Below, piece after piece: positions 10,469-18,456 of a stretch of 64,000 nt of DNA; positions within the stretch are counted from its first letter, which is position 1, and every line of letters starts with the position of its first letter. A program made the translations under genes and the position numbers. The stretch comes from Candidatus Methylomirabilota bacterium (lineage in GTDB: Bacteria; Methylomirabilota; Methylomirabilia; Methylomirabilales; Methylomirabilaceae). Under the pieces are notes generated by a model. The model had not been told where the DNA came from, made no database searches, and saw only the letters and a list, made by a program, of their open reading frames with translations. The DNA lies in assembly GCA_016207095.1 (NCBI GenBank), contig JACQQF010000040.1, forward strand, positions 17,003-81,002, given 5' to 3'.

Positions 10469-11284
10469 CTATCTCTTTACCTTTCTATAGCAGAGCCGTA
10501 CGCCTGCGTCCGGATCGCCCCGCCGCTCAACATGCTTGAGGAATCGTGCTGGCACCGGGAAATCAATCACAGTACTGTCACTTTGAGGGAGGACGCTCGA
10601 ATCTTCAACCTCGAACTTCCCCAACCGCTTCCCCTTCACTTGAACCTCGACGTCAAAACGTGGCTTCCAGGGCGCTTTGGAAAGGTTCTTGACGACCCCA
10701 ACCAGATTACTCCCGACGAGCTCGGTTTCGCTGATCGAAAACTCAGCGGCTTCGCCCGGACAGAGGCCTTCACCCGGTCGGGTCCTTGCCTCACCCTCTC
10801 GAACAATGTCGGTCACGCTCCGCCGATCGATCTTGGCGAGCTCATCTCGCTTCAGTCCGTGGACTGTTGTATCTTTCTCTTGGTAGATTTTCGCGTTGAT
10901 AAAGCTTTCGTCACGATTCGTGATAATATAATCCTCAAGGGGATGCTCCTCCAGAGGTGACGTCCAGCGGGGAGCGACCTTCTTGCCAGTCCCCTTTGTT
11001 CCGTAAATAGCATAGACATTGTCGGCGTCGACCTCGCCGAACTTGCCGTCGATTGTGCTCCAAAAAATCGGGCCCTCTGGCTTCCCTTTCGTGCAATCCT
11101 CGACGAAGACCGACTCCCTCTTCGCGTCAGGCTCCTTTGCGATCTCCTGACGAGCCAAGAAGGTGCACGTATCTGCCATAATATAGTGGCCGCCCTTTAA
11201 GTAGATGACATATTCAGCGTGGGACGCTGAAGCGACGGCAAGGATGAAAACCAACGCTATTGATGAAGCCGACAACGCACGCAA
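10469..11284 (-). CDS. secreted hypothetical protein
   Basis: 271-aa ORF with a signal peptide (MRALSASSIALVFILAVASASHA|EY). I recognise no family. Local GC is lower than in the flanks. Confidence 0.5.
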   Translation of the reverse strand: MRALSASSIALVFILAVASASHAEYVIYLKGGHYIMADTCTFLARQEIAKEPDAKRESVFVEDCTKGKPEGPIFWSTIDGKFGEVDADNVYAIYGTKGTGKKVAPRWTSPLEEHPLEDYIITNRDESFINAKIYQEKDTTVHGLKRDELAKIDRRSVTDIVREGEARTRPGEGLCPGEAAEFSISETELVGSNLVGVVKNLSKAPWKPRFDVEVQVKGKRLGKFEVEDSSVLPQSDSTVIDFPVPARFLKHVERRGDPDAGVRLCYRKVKR

Positions 11285-11373
11285 GTATCACCCTTCCTTC
11301 CCTAATTGGACATCGGTGGTAGGTGCAGCACCAAGGTCAGCCGGTCCGAAGGCATCCACTTCATGCATTTGCT

Positions 11374-11477
11374 AGCGCCGTTCCAACTTGTTCGGACAGG
11401 TAACAAGACTCTGCGACAGCCGATCCAGAGGCCTGCGGGTCATTGTGATGTTAGGCGGATAACGTTGGAACGGCACT
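11374..11477. mobile_element. MITE-like element (miniature inverted-repeat transposable element), copy a (104 bp, 14-15-bp terminal inverted repeats)
   Basis: Left TIR AGCGCCGTTCCAACT (11374-11388) and right TIR CGTTGGAACGGCACT (11463-11477), with a 75-nt interior. TA flanks both sides. Confidence 0.6.
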
Positions 11478-12231
11478 ACAACGCGAAATCAAATCTCAAA
11501 TACTCACAGAGCGAGGAGACCGATCGATGCCCCAGGTCAAGTTGATTCGCCACCTCTTGCTGAAGGATGAGGATCGGAGCCCGTTCCGCCACGGGTAACA
11601 GCGGCTGGAGCCGACAGAGGGTTTTGAATCTCCGCGCGAGGCACGGCCGTTCGCTCGATAGGCAGCCGGGCGGCCTCGCGAATTCCTGGAGAAGCTCCTC
11701 CCGCCGCACTGCGAGGAACCTCCCGAGAGCCCTTCTCTCGTCCTCTAGGATGCGAAGATACTCGGCTTGCTCAACATGAATCGCTTGCTCGATGACGCCG
11801 ATGCTTTCTTGCAGGGCTTCGATGCGACCCACAAGTCTCGCGCGCAGGGAGGCACGTTCCTGGGCGCTTGAACGATCCAGGTCGCGATCAGGGATCTCGC
11901 TCGCGGAGCTGTCGAGAAGGCGCAAAAGAGTCTCCGACTCGACGTGGCGATCCCTCATAGCATTCAATTGAGCCTGCTTTTCGGGCTGCATCGCCCCGAG
12001 TTTCAACCTAGCGATCTCTTGTTCGGTCTTATGAAAGGCATCTCGTAGCCTCAGGAGATCGTCGGGGGTTCCCAGCGCGATCAACCGTAGGGTGTCTTCT
12101 CGTATGCCTTTATGCGGGTCCATCGCGGGGTCTCGATCCGCCCCAAGAGATACCCCAGACCCCAATAAGACCCCCACTCCCACCGCGAAGGCCAGAACCC
12201 GATTCCAGTAGCGCCGCTTCAGCCAGTTCAT
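11476..12231 (-). CDS. hypothetical membrane-anchored or secreted coiled-coil protein
   Basis: Track ORF 11476..12276. I prefer ATG 12231 (MNWLKRRYWNRVLAFAVGVGVLLGSGVSLGA), which is preceded by AAGGAAAGGGAG. The rest is Arg/Glu/Leu-rich and helical. The TAG stop is formed at the edge of MITE-like copy a. Confidence 0.5.
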   Translation of the reverse strand: MNWLKRRYWNRVLAFAVGVGVLLGSGVSLGADRDPAMDPHKGIREDTLRLIALGTPDDLLRLRDAFHKTEQEIARLKLGAMQPEKQAQLNAMRDRHVESETLLRLLDSSASEIPDRDLDRSSAQERASLRARLVGRIEALQESIGVIEQAIHVEQAEYLRILEDERRALGRFLAVRREELLQEFARPPGCLSSERPCLARRFKTLCRLQPLLPVAERAPILILQQEVANQLDLGHRSVSSLCEYLRFDFAL

Positions 12232-12302
12232 CTCCCTTTCCTTTTTCGTGACACCGCCATCCGAGATCCTCGCCACGTCGAATGAGAATGGCAGCAGGCT
12301 CT

Positions 12303-12509
12303 AGTGCCGTTCCAACTATGTACGCCTAAATGGTAAGGCCAGTGCCGTTCCAACTTTTTCGGTGAGATACTGACGCTATGCAGAGGCCGATTAAGTTGCC
12401 CACACATCATGGTGTCGCGAGGCCAAATAGTTGGAACGGCACCGGGGAAAGCGATAGTTCTTAGCACAACACCTGTCGACAGGTAGCCGCAACAAGTTGG
12501 AACGGCACT
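12303..12509. mobile_element. MITE-like element copy c (105 bp) carrying a nested insertion
   Basis: Perfect 15-bp TIRs AGTGCCGTTCCAACT (12303-12317) and AGTTGGAACGGCACT (12495-12509), 17 bp if the CTAG ends are included. Removing the inner copy leaves 23+52=75 interior nt, the same as copy a. Confidence 0.6.
12341..12442. mobile_element. MITE-like element copy b (102 bp), nested inside copy c
   Basis: TIRs AGTGCCGTTCCAACT (12341-12355) and AGTTGGAACGGCAC (12429-12442). Its 73-nt interior aligns without gaps to copy a at about 55% identity. Confidence 0.6.
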
Positions 12510-15500
12510 AGGTTCTCGACTCCTGGAGGACTGAAGGGGTAAGAAAAATCAGAAGTTCGACCCGATCATCTGGTCCAATCGACTGCCGCTTGAACAGCCA
12601 ACTCAGGATCGGGATTCGTCCCAGAAACGGAACCCGATCATCGACAATTTGTTCGGTCGATTGAAGCAACCCTCCGATAACTACTGTCGAACCATTAGGG
12701 ACCAAGATGTTGGTCGTCACCTTGCGAGTGTTAATGGGAAAGACGAATCCGGTTTCAAAGGTGATCCGGTCCCCGGCGAAGGAGCGTTCCGCCTCAACCT
12801 TCATCGAAACCCGGCCGTCTGGAGTGATGTGCGGCTTGACCTTGAGTTTGATGAACGCATCCTGGAATGCGACAACCGTTCTGCCCGAGCTATCGATCGT
12901 GGTGAAGGGGACCTGGGTGCCCTGCTTAATCTCCGCCTCCTCATTGTCTTGGGTTGCCACTCTCGGAGACGATAAGGTCCTGAGTCTCCCCTCGCGCTCC
13001 GCCGCGGAGAGCTGTAATCCTACGAGGTACCGATTCGCGAGGCTGCCGACTGTTGCCCCGAGGATGAACGGGTTGGCCCCCGCCGCCGCGAGGGCCGGGA
13101 GGTTCAAGGCAAGCGGAACAGGCCCGAAGAAGGGAGCGGGATTCGTACCAACAGGAAATGGGTTCGGGTCGGTCGGCGTGAGCGGGGGGAATTGAATCGA
13201 CCCCCCGGGGGGAACACCGCTTCCGCCGAAGGTCGTCACCCCCGTCCTGCTTCCCGTAGACGTGGGAATCCCCGCCCCACCCCATTGCACGCCAAGGCTC
13301 TGGGAAAAAGTGCGGGACGCCTCCACGATCCTCGCCTCGATGAGGACCTGGGGCGTCGGAATGTCGATCTGTTTTAAAAACGTCTCTATCCTCTCGACCG
13401 CCTGCTGCAGGTCCTTCACAATGATCCTGCTCGATCGTTCATCGACCACCACGCTCCCTTGCGGGGTCTTCAACGCCGTCAAATTGGCTCTGAGATCTCC
13501 GGCCTTGGCATAGTTGAAGGTGAGCAGCTTCGTGACGAATGGGTCTTTCGGAGGCGCGTCAAGCTCCTTGGCGATCGCCGCCATTTTGAGACAGGCAGAT
13601 TGAACATCGTTCACGATCAGGGTATTAGTGCGCTCATCCAGTTCAACGCTTCCCCTCCGTGTCTTAAGCGAGTCCAGATGTTTCTTGACTTCAGAGGCTT
13701 TCGTATGCGCCAGCTGAATCAGCTTCGTGCACTTGGGCTCCTCCGCATACAGTCGTTCCTCTTCCTCGACCTTTTTCCTGGCTCCCTCTGCCTTTTTTCT
13801 CTCCTCCTCGCCCCTCCACCTTACCTCCTCAACCTTCAGCCTACTCTCCTCCACCCGTTGAATATCCTTTACGCGCTCCTCCTTGGCCTTTTGGATATCC
13901 GCCTTCAAACCGACGTAGATCACGTTCCCGTCCTGCTCATAACTCAACTTCTTGGTACGGAGGATGAGATCCAGCGCTTGACGCCACTCCACGTTAGTCA
14001 GGCGAATTGTGATATCTCGGTCCTTTCGCTCCTTGAGTTCATGCGCCGCCACCATGTTCAACCCGCTGACCTCGGAGATTAAGCGTAATAGATCATCGAG
14101 ATCGGCACCCTTGAAATCCAACGACAGCCGATTGTTGCTCAAAGCGGCCTTCGGCATGGTTGGAGGAGCCGGAGCGATCGGCCGTTCGGGAGGTAGTGCA
14201 GATAGAGGAGGCAGTTCCATCGTCTTGGGCGATTCTCTCGATGGCGCAGGTCTCGGCTCTGGCCTTGGCCGCCTGGCCAAAGCAGCGGGTGGCGGCTTTC
14301 TCCGGAGCGGCGGCTGCGCTTTCACCGCTGCCTCCTTCTTGGGTGCCTCCGCCATGGTGGACGGAACAGACTCCTGAGCCACTTCGCCGAGCGAGACCTG
14401 CAAGCCCGTCTCGACGCGATCGGTTTTGAAAGGCAACGGCTGCCCGAGATCGAAGACCAGGCGCACGACCGGGACCGGGTGTTCCCGGTACTGGGTCGTC
14501 CGGATCTTCAGGATCGGGGAGCCGGCGGGCAGGGTGACCGGTTGGCGGATCGCATGTCGGGCGCGCGGAAGGTCGATCACCAGGCGGGGCGGGTTGGGGA
14601 GCGTGAACGACTCGTAGTCGGTCAGGGTACCATCCACCGTCACGAGGATGGTCGCCCCGGCGGGCCCGCGCCCCTGCACCTGGAGGCCGGTCACCTCGAC
14701 CATCCGCGCCTCGAGTGGGGCTGCCGGGCTGATATCCTCCGCAGGCTTCGCCTCCCCCTTCTCCACCACCTCTACCCCGGTGGCAGGGGCTACGAACCCT
14801 GTCGATTCCGCCGTCCCATCGGCAGCAGAAGGAGCCACCTGAACAACGGTCGGAGGCTCACTCGGCTTCGGCGCCTCCGCGCTGGGTGTGTCCTGCTTTC
14901 CAGGCTCGGCCTGTTTTGACCCCGCGACAGACGACACCTCCTTCGAAGCCTCTTCGCTGACCAGGATCTGCATCTGGTTGCCGGTGAGCTCCAGTCGGTA
15001 CGGCAGCGGCTGCCCGAGATCGAAGACCAGGCGCACGACCGGGACCGGGTGTTCCCGGTACTGGGTCGTCCGGATCTTCAGGATCGGGGAGCCGGCGGGC
15101 AGGGTGACCGGTTGGGCGATCGCATGTCGGGCGCGCGGGAGGTCGATCACCAGGCGGGGCGGGTTGGGGAGCGCGAACGACTCGTAGTCGGTCAGGGTAC
15201 CATCCGCCGTCACGAGGATGGTCGCCCCGGCGGGCCCTTGCCCCTGCACCTGGAGGCCGGTCACCTCGACCATTCGCGCCTCCAGAGGAGTTGCCGGACC
15301 CGGCGGGAGAGCGGTCATCGCCTCCGGGGCTGGCACAGGTTGTCCAGGTTCCTTTTCCACCTCTTTCGCACGCATCCGTTCCGCCAGAATGGAGGGCGGT
15401 TGATCCTGGGGGAATTTCTTCAAGACTTCCCGTTCAGTCGGGCGATCGCTCGCGCACGACGCACACAGCAGCATCAGAACGATCGCTCCGATCGAGGCAT

Positions 15501-15567
15501 ATCGTTCAGAGATATGAATTGCCTCTCGTCCCATCTTGTCCCTAGAGACCGATGTGCTTTTGCACAC
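12508..15567 (-). CDS. pilQ: type IV pilus secretin PilQ with two N-terminal AMIN domains
   Basis: 1019-aa ORF with two AMIN-like repeats, a Pro-rich linker, N0/N1-type domains and a C-terminal secretin domain (...IEARIVEAS...LSSPRVATQDNEEAEIKQGTQVPF...GGLLQ...VPFLGRIPILSWLFK...ELLIFLTP). It follows pilMNOP. The start may instead be ATG 15534. Confidence 0.9.
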   Translation of the reverse strand: MCKSTSVSRDKMGREAIHISERYASIGAIVLMLLCASCASDRPTEREVLKKFPQDQPPSILAERMRAKEVEKEPGQPVPAPEAMTALPPGPATPLEARMVEVTGLQVQGQGPAGATILVTADGTLTDYESFALPNPPRLVIDLPRARHAIAQPVTLPAGSPILKIRTTQYREHPVPVVRLVFDLGQPLPYRLELTGNQMQILVSEEASKEVSSVAGSKQAEPGKQDTPSAEAPKPSEPPTVVQVAPSAADGTAESTGFVAPATGVEVVEKGEAKPAEDISPAAPLEARMVEVTGLQVQGRGPAGATILVTVDGTLTDYESFTLPNPPRLVIDLPRARHAIRQPVTLPAGSPILKIRTTQYREHPVPVVRLVFDLGQPLPFKTDRVETGLQVSLGEVAQESVPSTMAEAPKKEAAVKAQPPLRRKPPPAALARRPRPEPRPAPSRESPKTMELPPLSALPPERPIAPAPPTMPKAALSNNRLSLDFKGADLDDLLRLISEVSGLNMVAAHELKERKDRDITIRLTNVEWRQALDLILRTKKLSYEQDGNVIYVGLKADIQKAKEERVKDIQRVEESRLKVEEVRWRGEEERKKAEGARKKVEEEERLYAEEPKCTKLIQLAHTKASEVKKHLDSLKTRRGSVELDERTNTLIVNDVQSACLKMAAIAKELDAPPKDPFVTKLLTFNYAKAGDLRANLTALKTPQGSVVVDERSSRIIVKDLQQAVERIETFLKQIDIPTPQVLIEARIVEASRTFSQSLGVQWGGAGIPTSTGSRTGVTTFGGSGVPPGGSIQFPPLTPTDPNPFPVGTNPAPFFGPVPLALNLPALAAAGANPFILGATVGSLANRYLVGLQLSAAEREGRLRTLSSPRVATQDNEEAEIKQGTQVPFTTIDSSGRTVVAFQDAFIKLKVKPHITPDGRVSMKVEAERSFAGDRITFETGFVFPINTRKVTTNILVPNGSTVVIGGLLQSTEQIVDDRVPFLGRIPILSWLFKRQSIGPDDRVELLIFLTPSVLQESRT
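14432..14712 (-). repeat. 281-bp intragenic repeat, copy 2 (encodes AMIN-2)
   Basis: Aligns to 15002-15282 at an offset of exactly 570 nt with 9 mismatches in 281 positions (96.8% identity). Confidence 0.9.
15002..15282 (-). repeat. 281-bp intragenic repeat, copy 1 (encodes AMIN-1)
   Basis: See the partner at 14432-14712. Both encode PLEARMVEVTGLQVQG.GPAGATILVT.DGTLTDYESF.LPNPPRLVIDLPRARHAI.QPVTLPAGSPILKIRTTQYREHPVPVVRLVFDLGQPLP. Confidence 0.9.
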
Positions 15568-16117
15568 GGCGGGTGAGCGGCTTCCCCTCGCGAGACGTCG
15601 TCTCGACTTGAAAGATCACACTGTCCTTTGTGATCTTGAGGACCCTGGCCGACTCAACCACGTCATTTTCTCGGATGACGAATCCCGTCCCCGTTGGCGA
15701 CTCCGACTCGACCAATGCATAGTACGAGCGAGGGCCCCGGACTATACCCGTCACCTTAAGATTGACCTCAAGCCCTTTCTGCAGAGCTGCCACTCGAGGC
15801 TGCCGAAAAGGATCGCGCCGCCCCCTCGATTGGTAAACAACACGCGGAGGTGTCTCTTCCGGCGGAAGGGTGGGAAGTCCAAGAGCAGGGACGGCCTGGG
15901 CCCGAGCAGAGCTGGGGGTTGGCGGAGTCGCAGCTCTCTTATACCGATAGATAGAGATCAGCGTCAGCGCCAGGACAAGCACTGCGCCGAGGGCGCGTAT
16001 CAGAACGCTATGCGCCGCAACCTTACGTACCTCTTTTAGCAGGCTCACCGCTTTTCGCTCCCCTACTGCCCGTGTAGGTATAGGTGACCACTCCGAACTC
16101 GGCCTCGATGCTGGCAC
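15542..16117 (-). CDS. pilP: type IV pilus assembly protein PilP-like
   Basis: 191-aa ORF between pilO and pilQ with a TM or signal segment and an RDPF motif followed by a beta-rich C-terminus. The start is uncertain; the track start overlaps pilO by 95 nt. Confidence 0.65.
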   Translation of the reverse strand: MPASRPSSEWSPIPTRAVGERKAVSLLKEVRKVAAHSVLIRALGAVLVLALTLISIYRYKRAATPPTPSSARAQAVPALGLPTLPPEETPPRVVYQSRGRRDPFRQPRVAALQKGLEVNLKVTGIVRGPRSYYALVESESPTGTGFVIRENDVVESARVLKITKDSVIFQVETTSREGKPLTRRVQKHIGL

Positions 16118-16649
16118 CGGCCTTCTGGTCTTTCCCTGCCGGACGGATCGTGAGATCGGCCACGTTGACGATCCGCTCCATTCTGCCGAGTTGCTCGAAG
16201 AGCGCCCCGAGGTTATGGTACATGCCGGTCACCTTCACTTGAACCGGCACCTCCGTGTAGAACTCTTTCGCCACTGGATTGCCCGGCTTGAAGAGTGAGA
16301 CCACCAGGTCCGTCTCACGGCCGAGCTTTGCAACCCGAGTCAGTAATACGGGGATCTCTTTCTCCTGCGGAAGTTGTAGTACTGCCCGCGAGAGCCGCGC
16401 CTCCAAGAGTTTGAGCTCATGCTCCAAAAGTGGTCGTTGACTAGCAATGCGCCGCGTCCGTTCCGCCTCCGCTTGCAGTCGGAAATATTCCGCGCGCGCC
16501 TGGTCCAGCTCGTTCCAATTCGCCCTGAGAAAGAACTGCCAATACGCGGCGACCGCCAGCATGACAAGGAGAACACCGAGGGCAATCCTCAGCCTACGCG
16601 GAACATTGTCGATGTAGGCCGACCAGTTTATTGAGGGAAGGGCTACCAT
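16023..16649 (-). CDS. pilO: type IV pilus assembly protein PilO
   Basis: 208 aa with an N-terminal TM segment (LRIALGVLLVMLAVAAYWQFF), a coiled coil and a ferredoxin-like C-terminus. Its position is between pilN and pilP. Confidence 0.75.
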   Translation of the reverse strand: MVALPSINWSAYIDNVPRRLRIALGVLLVMLAVAAYWQFFLRANWNELDQARAEYFRLQAEAERTRRIASQRPLLEHELKLLEARLSRAVLQLPQEKEIPVLLTRVAKLGRETDLVVSLFKPGNPVAKEFYTEVPVQVKVTGMYHNLGALFEQLGRMERIVNVADLTIRPAGKDQKAGASIEAEFGVVTYTYTGSRGAKSGEPAKRGT

Positions 16650-16657
16650 CTTGCGCC

Positions 16658-17200
16658 TCAGCCCGGCAATCCTGCGACGATCTCGAACCGTTCAACTGGT
16701 TTGTTATCGTGCACCTGGCGCTCGATAACACCCAGCTCAACACTGACGATTAGTGGCTTCAGTCGCTCCAGCGCAAGCATCAGATTCGCCACGGCGACGT
16801 GAGAGGAGGCGTACCCTTGAACCACGAGCTTTCCCGATACCTTGCTGACTCCTGCGAGCCAGACGTCATCCGGCAGCACCTGGCTGATCCCGTCAAGGAG
16901 ACGGACGGGAGTTCCTTGAGCGGCAACCAGCCGTTGAATCACCGTCAGCCGATCCAGGAGCTGCTTCTTATCACGCGCGTATTGCTCGACGAATCGGACG
17001 GTCTGCTGATTCCGCGCGATCTCATTCCGCGTGGCAACCGCGTCGGCGCGAAGCCGCTCAATCTCCCCCTTCACCGAACGCCAATACGCCCCCATCCCTC
17101 CGACGACGAAAATCACCAGGGCGACGATCGCCACCTGTGGCACCTTCACCTTGATTGTTCTTCGTCGCTCTTCCCTGGGAAGGAGGTTGATCTTGATCAT
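16658..17200 (-). CDS. pilN: type IV pilus assembly protein PilN
   Basis: 180 aa. MIKINLLPREERR is the conserved PilN N-terminus that binds PilM, and a TM segment follows. Confidence 0.8.
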   Translation of the reverse strand: MIKINLLPREERRRTIKVKVPQVAIVALVIFVVGGMGAYWRSVKGEIERLRADAVATRNEIARNQQTVRFVEQYARDKKQLLDRLTVIQRLVAAQGTPVRLLDGISQVLPDDVWLAGVSKVSGKLVVQGYASSHVAVANLMLALERLKPLIVSVELGVIERQVHDNKPVERFEIVAGLPG

Positions 17201-18267
17201 CAGGCACCATCCTCAGGCTCGCGAAGAGCCAACCCCACACCTACCGCCATCTGCGGGGCAATGAAAGACAGGTATTCGGGATCGAACTTCCTGGGGTCCG
17301 CAGTGATCTCCCGAAGTGGGTTACCGATTTCAACAGGAAGTTCGAGGGCGTGGGACAGGTGGGACGGCAGGTCCGGCAACCGGGAGCCCCCCCCGCTCAA
17401 GACGACGCGGTCGATGGCGCCGCCCTGCATCGAGGAGCGATAAAACTCAAAGGAGCGCCGGATCTCTCCGGCCAACTCGCCGTTGACCATCTCGAACACA
17501 GGCCGGGCCTCCGCCACGTCATGCCCCTGAACGGCCCCTCCCATCTTCAATATCTCGGCTTGCTCGTAATTCAGCCCAAGGCCTTTTTGTAACGATTCGG
17601 TGTATCGGTTGCCCGCTAGCGAGCTGTCCCTCGTGAACTCCGAACATCCTCCTCGGATGACATTGATAGTGGTGACAGCCGCCCCGATGTTCATAAGGGC
17701 CACCACTTCGTCGCGCCCCACCTTCTCGAACATCTCAAAGGCGTTCTCCATGGCGAAGGCATCCACGTCAACCACTGCGGCCCTCAGACCGGCCGCGGAG
17801 ATCACCGCGAGGTATTGATTCACTATGTCCTTCTTCACCGCCACGAGCAGGACGTCCATCTCTCCCTTGCCGTTGTCCCCTGACCTGAGGATCTGAAAGT
17901 CAAGATTCACGTCCTCGACTGAATACGGGATGTGCTGCTCCGCCTCCCAGGCAATCCCCCCCCGAAGCTCATCGGCCTTCATGTGCGGGACCGCGATCCT
18001 CTTCACGATCACCGAGTGGCCGGATACCGACACCGCCACGTCCTTCAGGTCGATCTTGTTCTCCTCAAACATTCGCCTGACGGCATTGCTGACGGCGTCT
18101 GCATCCATGATCAGCCCATCCACGATCGTGTCCGGATGGAGAGGGGCGATACCAAGTGCGACGAGCTGATACCCCTTCCGTAATCGCCGGAGCTGGACGG
18201 CCTTGACGGAACTGGTCCCGATGTCCAGCCCGACCAACCCTTTAGGGCGCGACAACCAGGAAAACAT
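17200..18267 (-). CDS. pilM: type IV pilus assembly ATPase-fold protein PilM
   Basis: 355 aa with an actin/FtsA-like pattern (GLDIGTSSVKAVQL...VVDVDAFAMENAF...). Confidence 0.9.
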   Translation of the reverse strand: MFSWLSRPKGLVGLDIGTSSVKAVQLRRLRKGYQLVALGIAPLHPDTIVDGLIMDADAVSNAVRRMFEENKIDLKDVAVSVSGHSVIVKRIAVPHMKADELRGGIAWEAEQHIPYSVEDVNLDFQILRSGDNGKGEMDVLLVAVKKDIVNQYLAVISAAGLRAAVVDVDAFAMENAFEMFEKVGRDEVVALMNIGAAVTTINVIRGGCSEFTRDSSLAGNRYTESLQKGLGLNYEQAEILKMGGAVQGHDVAEARPVFEMVNGELAGEIRRSFEFYRSSMQGGAIDRVVLSGGGSRLPDLPSHLSHALELPVEIGNPLREITADPRKFDPEYLSFIAPQMAVGVGLALREPEDGA

Positions 18268-18323
18268 TACGGTTTCCTATTTCTAGGTAGTATTGGCCAC
18301 AAATCAACACATTTTACTTACGT

Positions 18324-18352
18324 GTCCTACGCCCATCGGGAGGGGTTGTCAA
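18324..18352 (-). promoter_or_regulatory. sigma-70-type promoter candidate for pilMNOPQ
   Basis: On the - strand, TTGACA (18352..18347), N17, TAGGAC (18329..18324). It lies in an AT-richer spacer just after a terminator, and the -10 is weak. Confidence 0.3.
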
Positions 18353-18388
18353 GGGAAAAATAACAAAACCCCCGTGAAGATAGGGGGT
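18353..18388 (-). terminator. intrinsic terminator after minor-pilin module B
   Basis: On the - strand, ACCCCC-tatcttcac-GGGGGT (18388..18368) is followed by TTTTGTTATTTTTCC. Confidence 0.55.
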
Positions 18389-18456
18389 AAGGAGTTTGTT
18401 TCCGTTGTGATACGGCAGCGTTCAGCAGGGAACGCTACTGTTCAGCATAACACGGC

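Noticed and set aside
12228-12467. 79-aa - strand ORF overlapping the nested MITE-like elements.
   Set aside because: It runs through the inverted repeats and overlaps the start of the 266-aa gene. It has no SD or family resemblance.
14432-15282. Regularly spaced near-identical repeats (period 570), considered as a CRISPR-like or other non-coding array.
   Set aside because: There are only two copies, both in-frame inside pilQ and encoding AMIN domains. This is not a repeat-spacer array.
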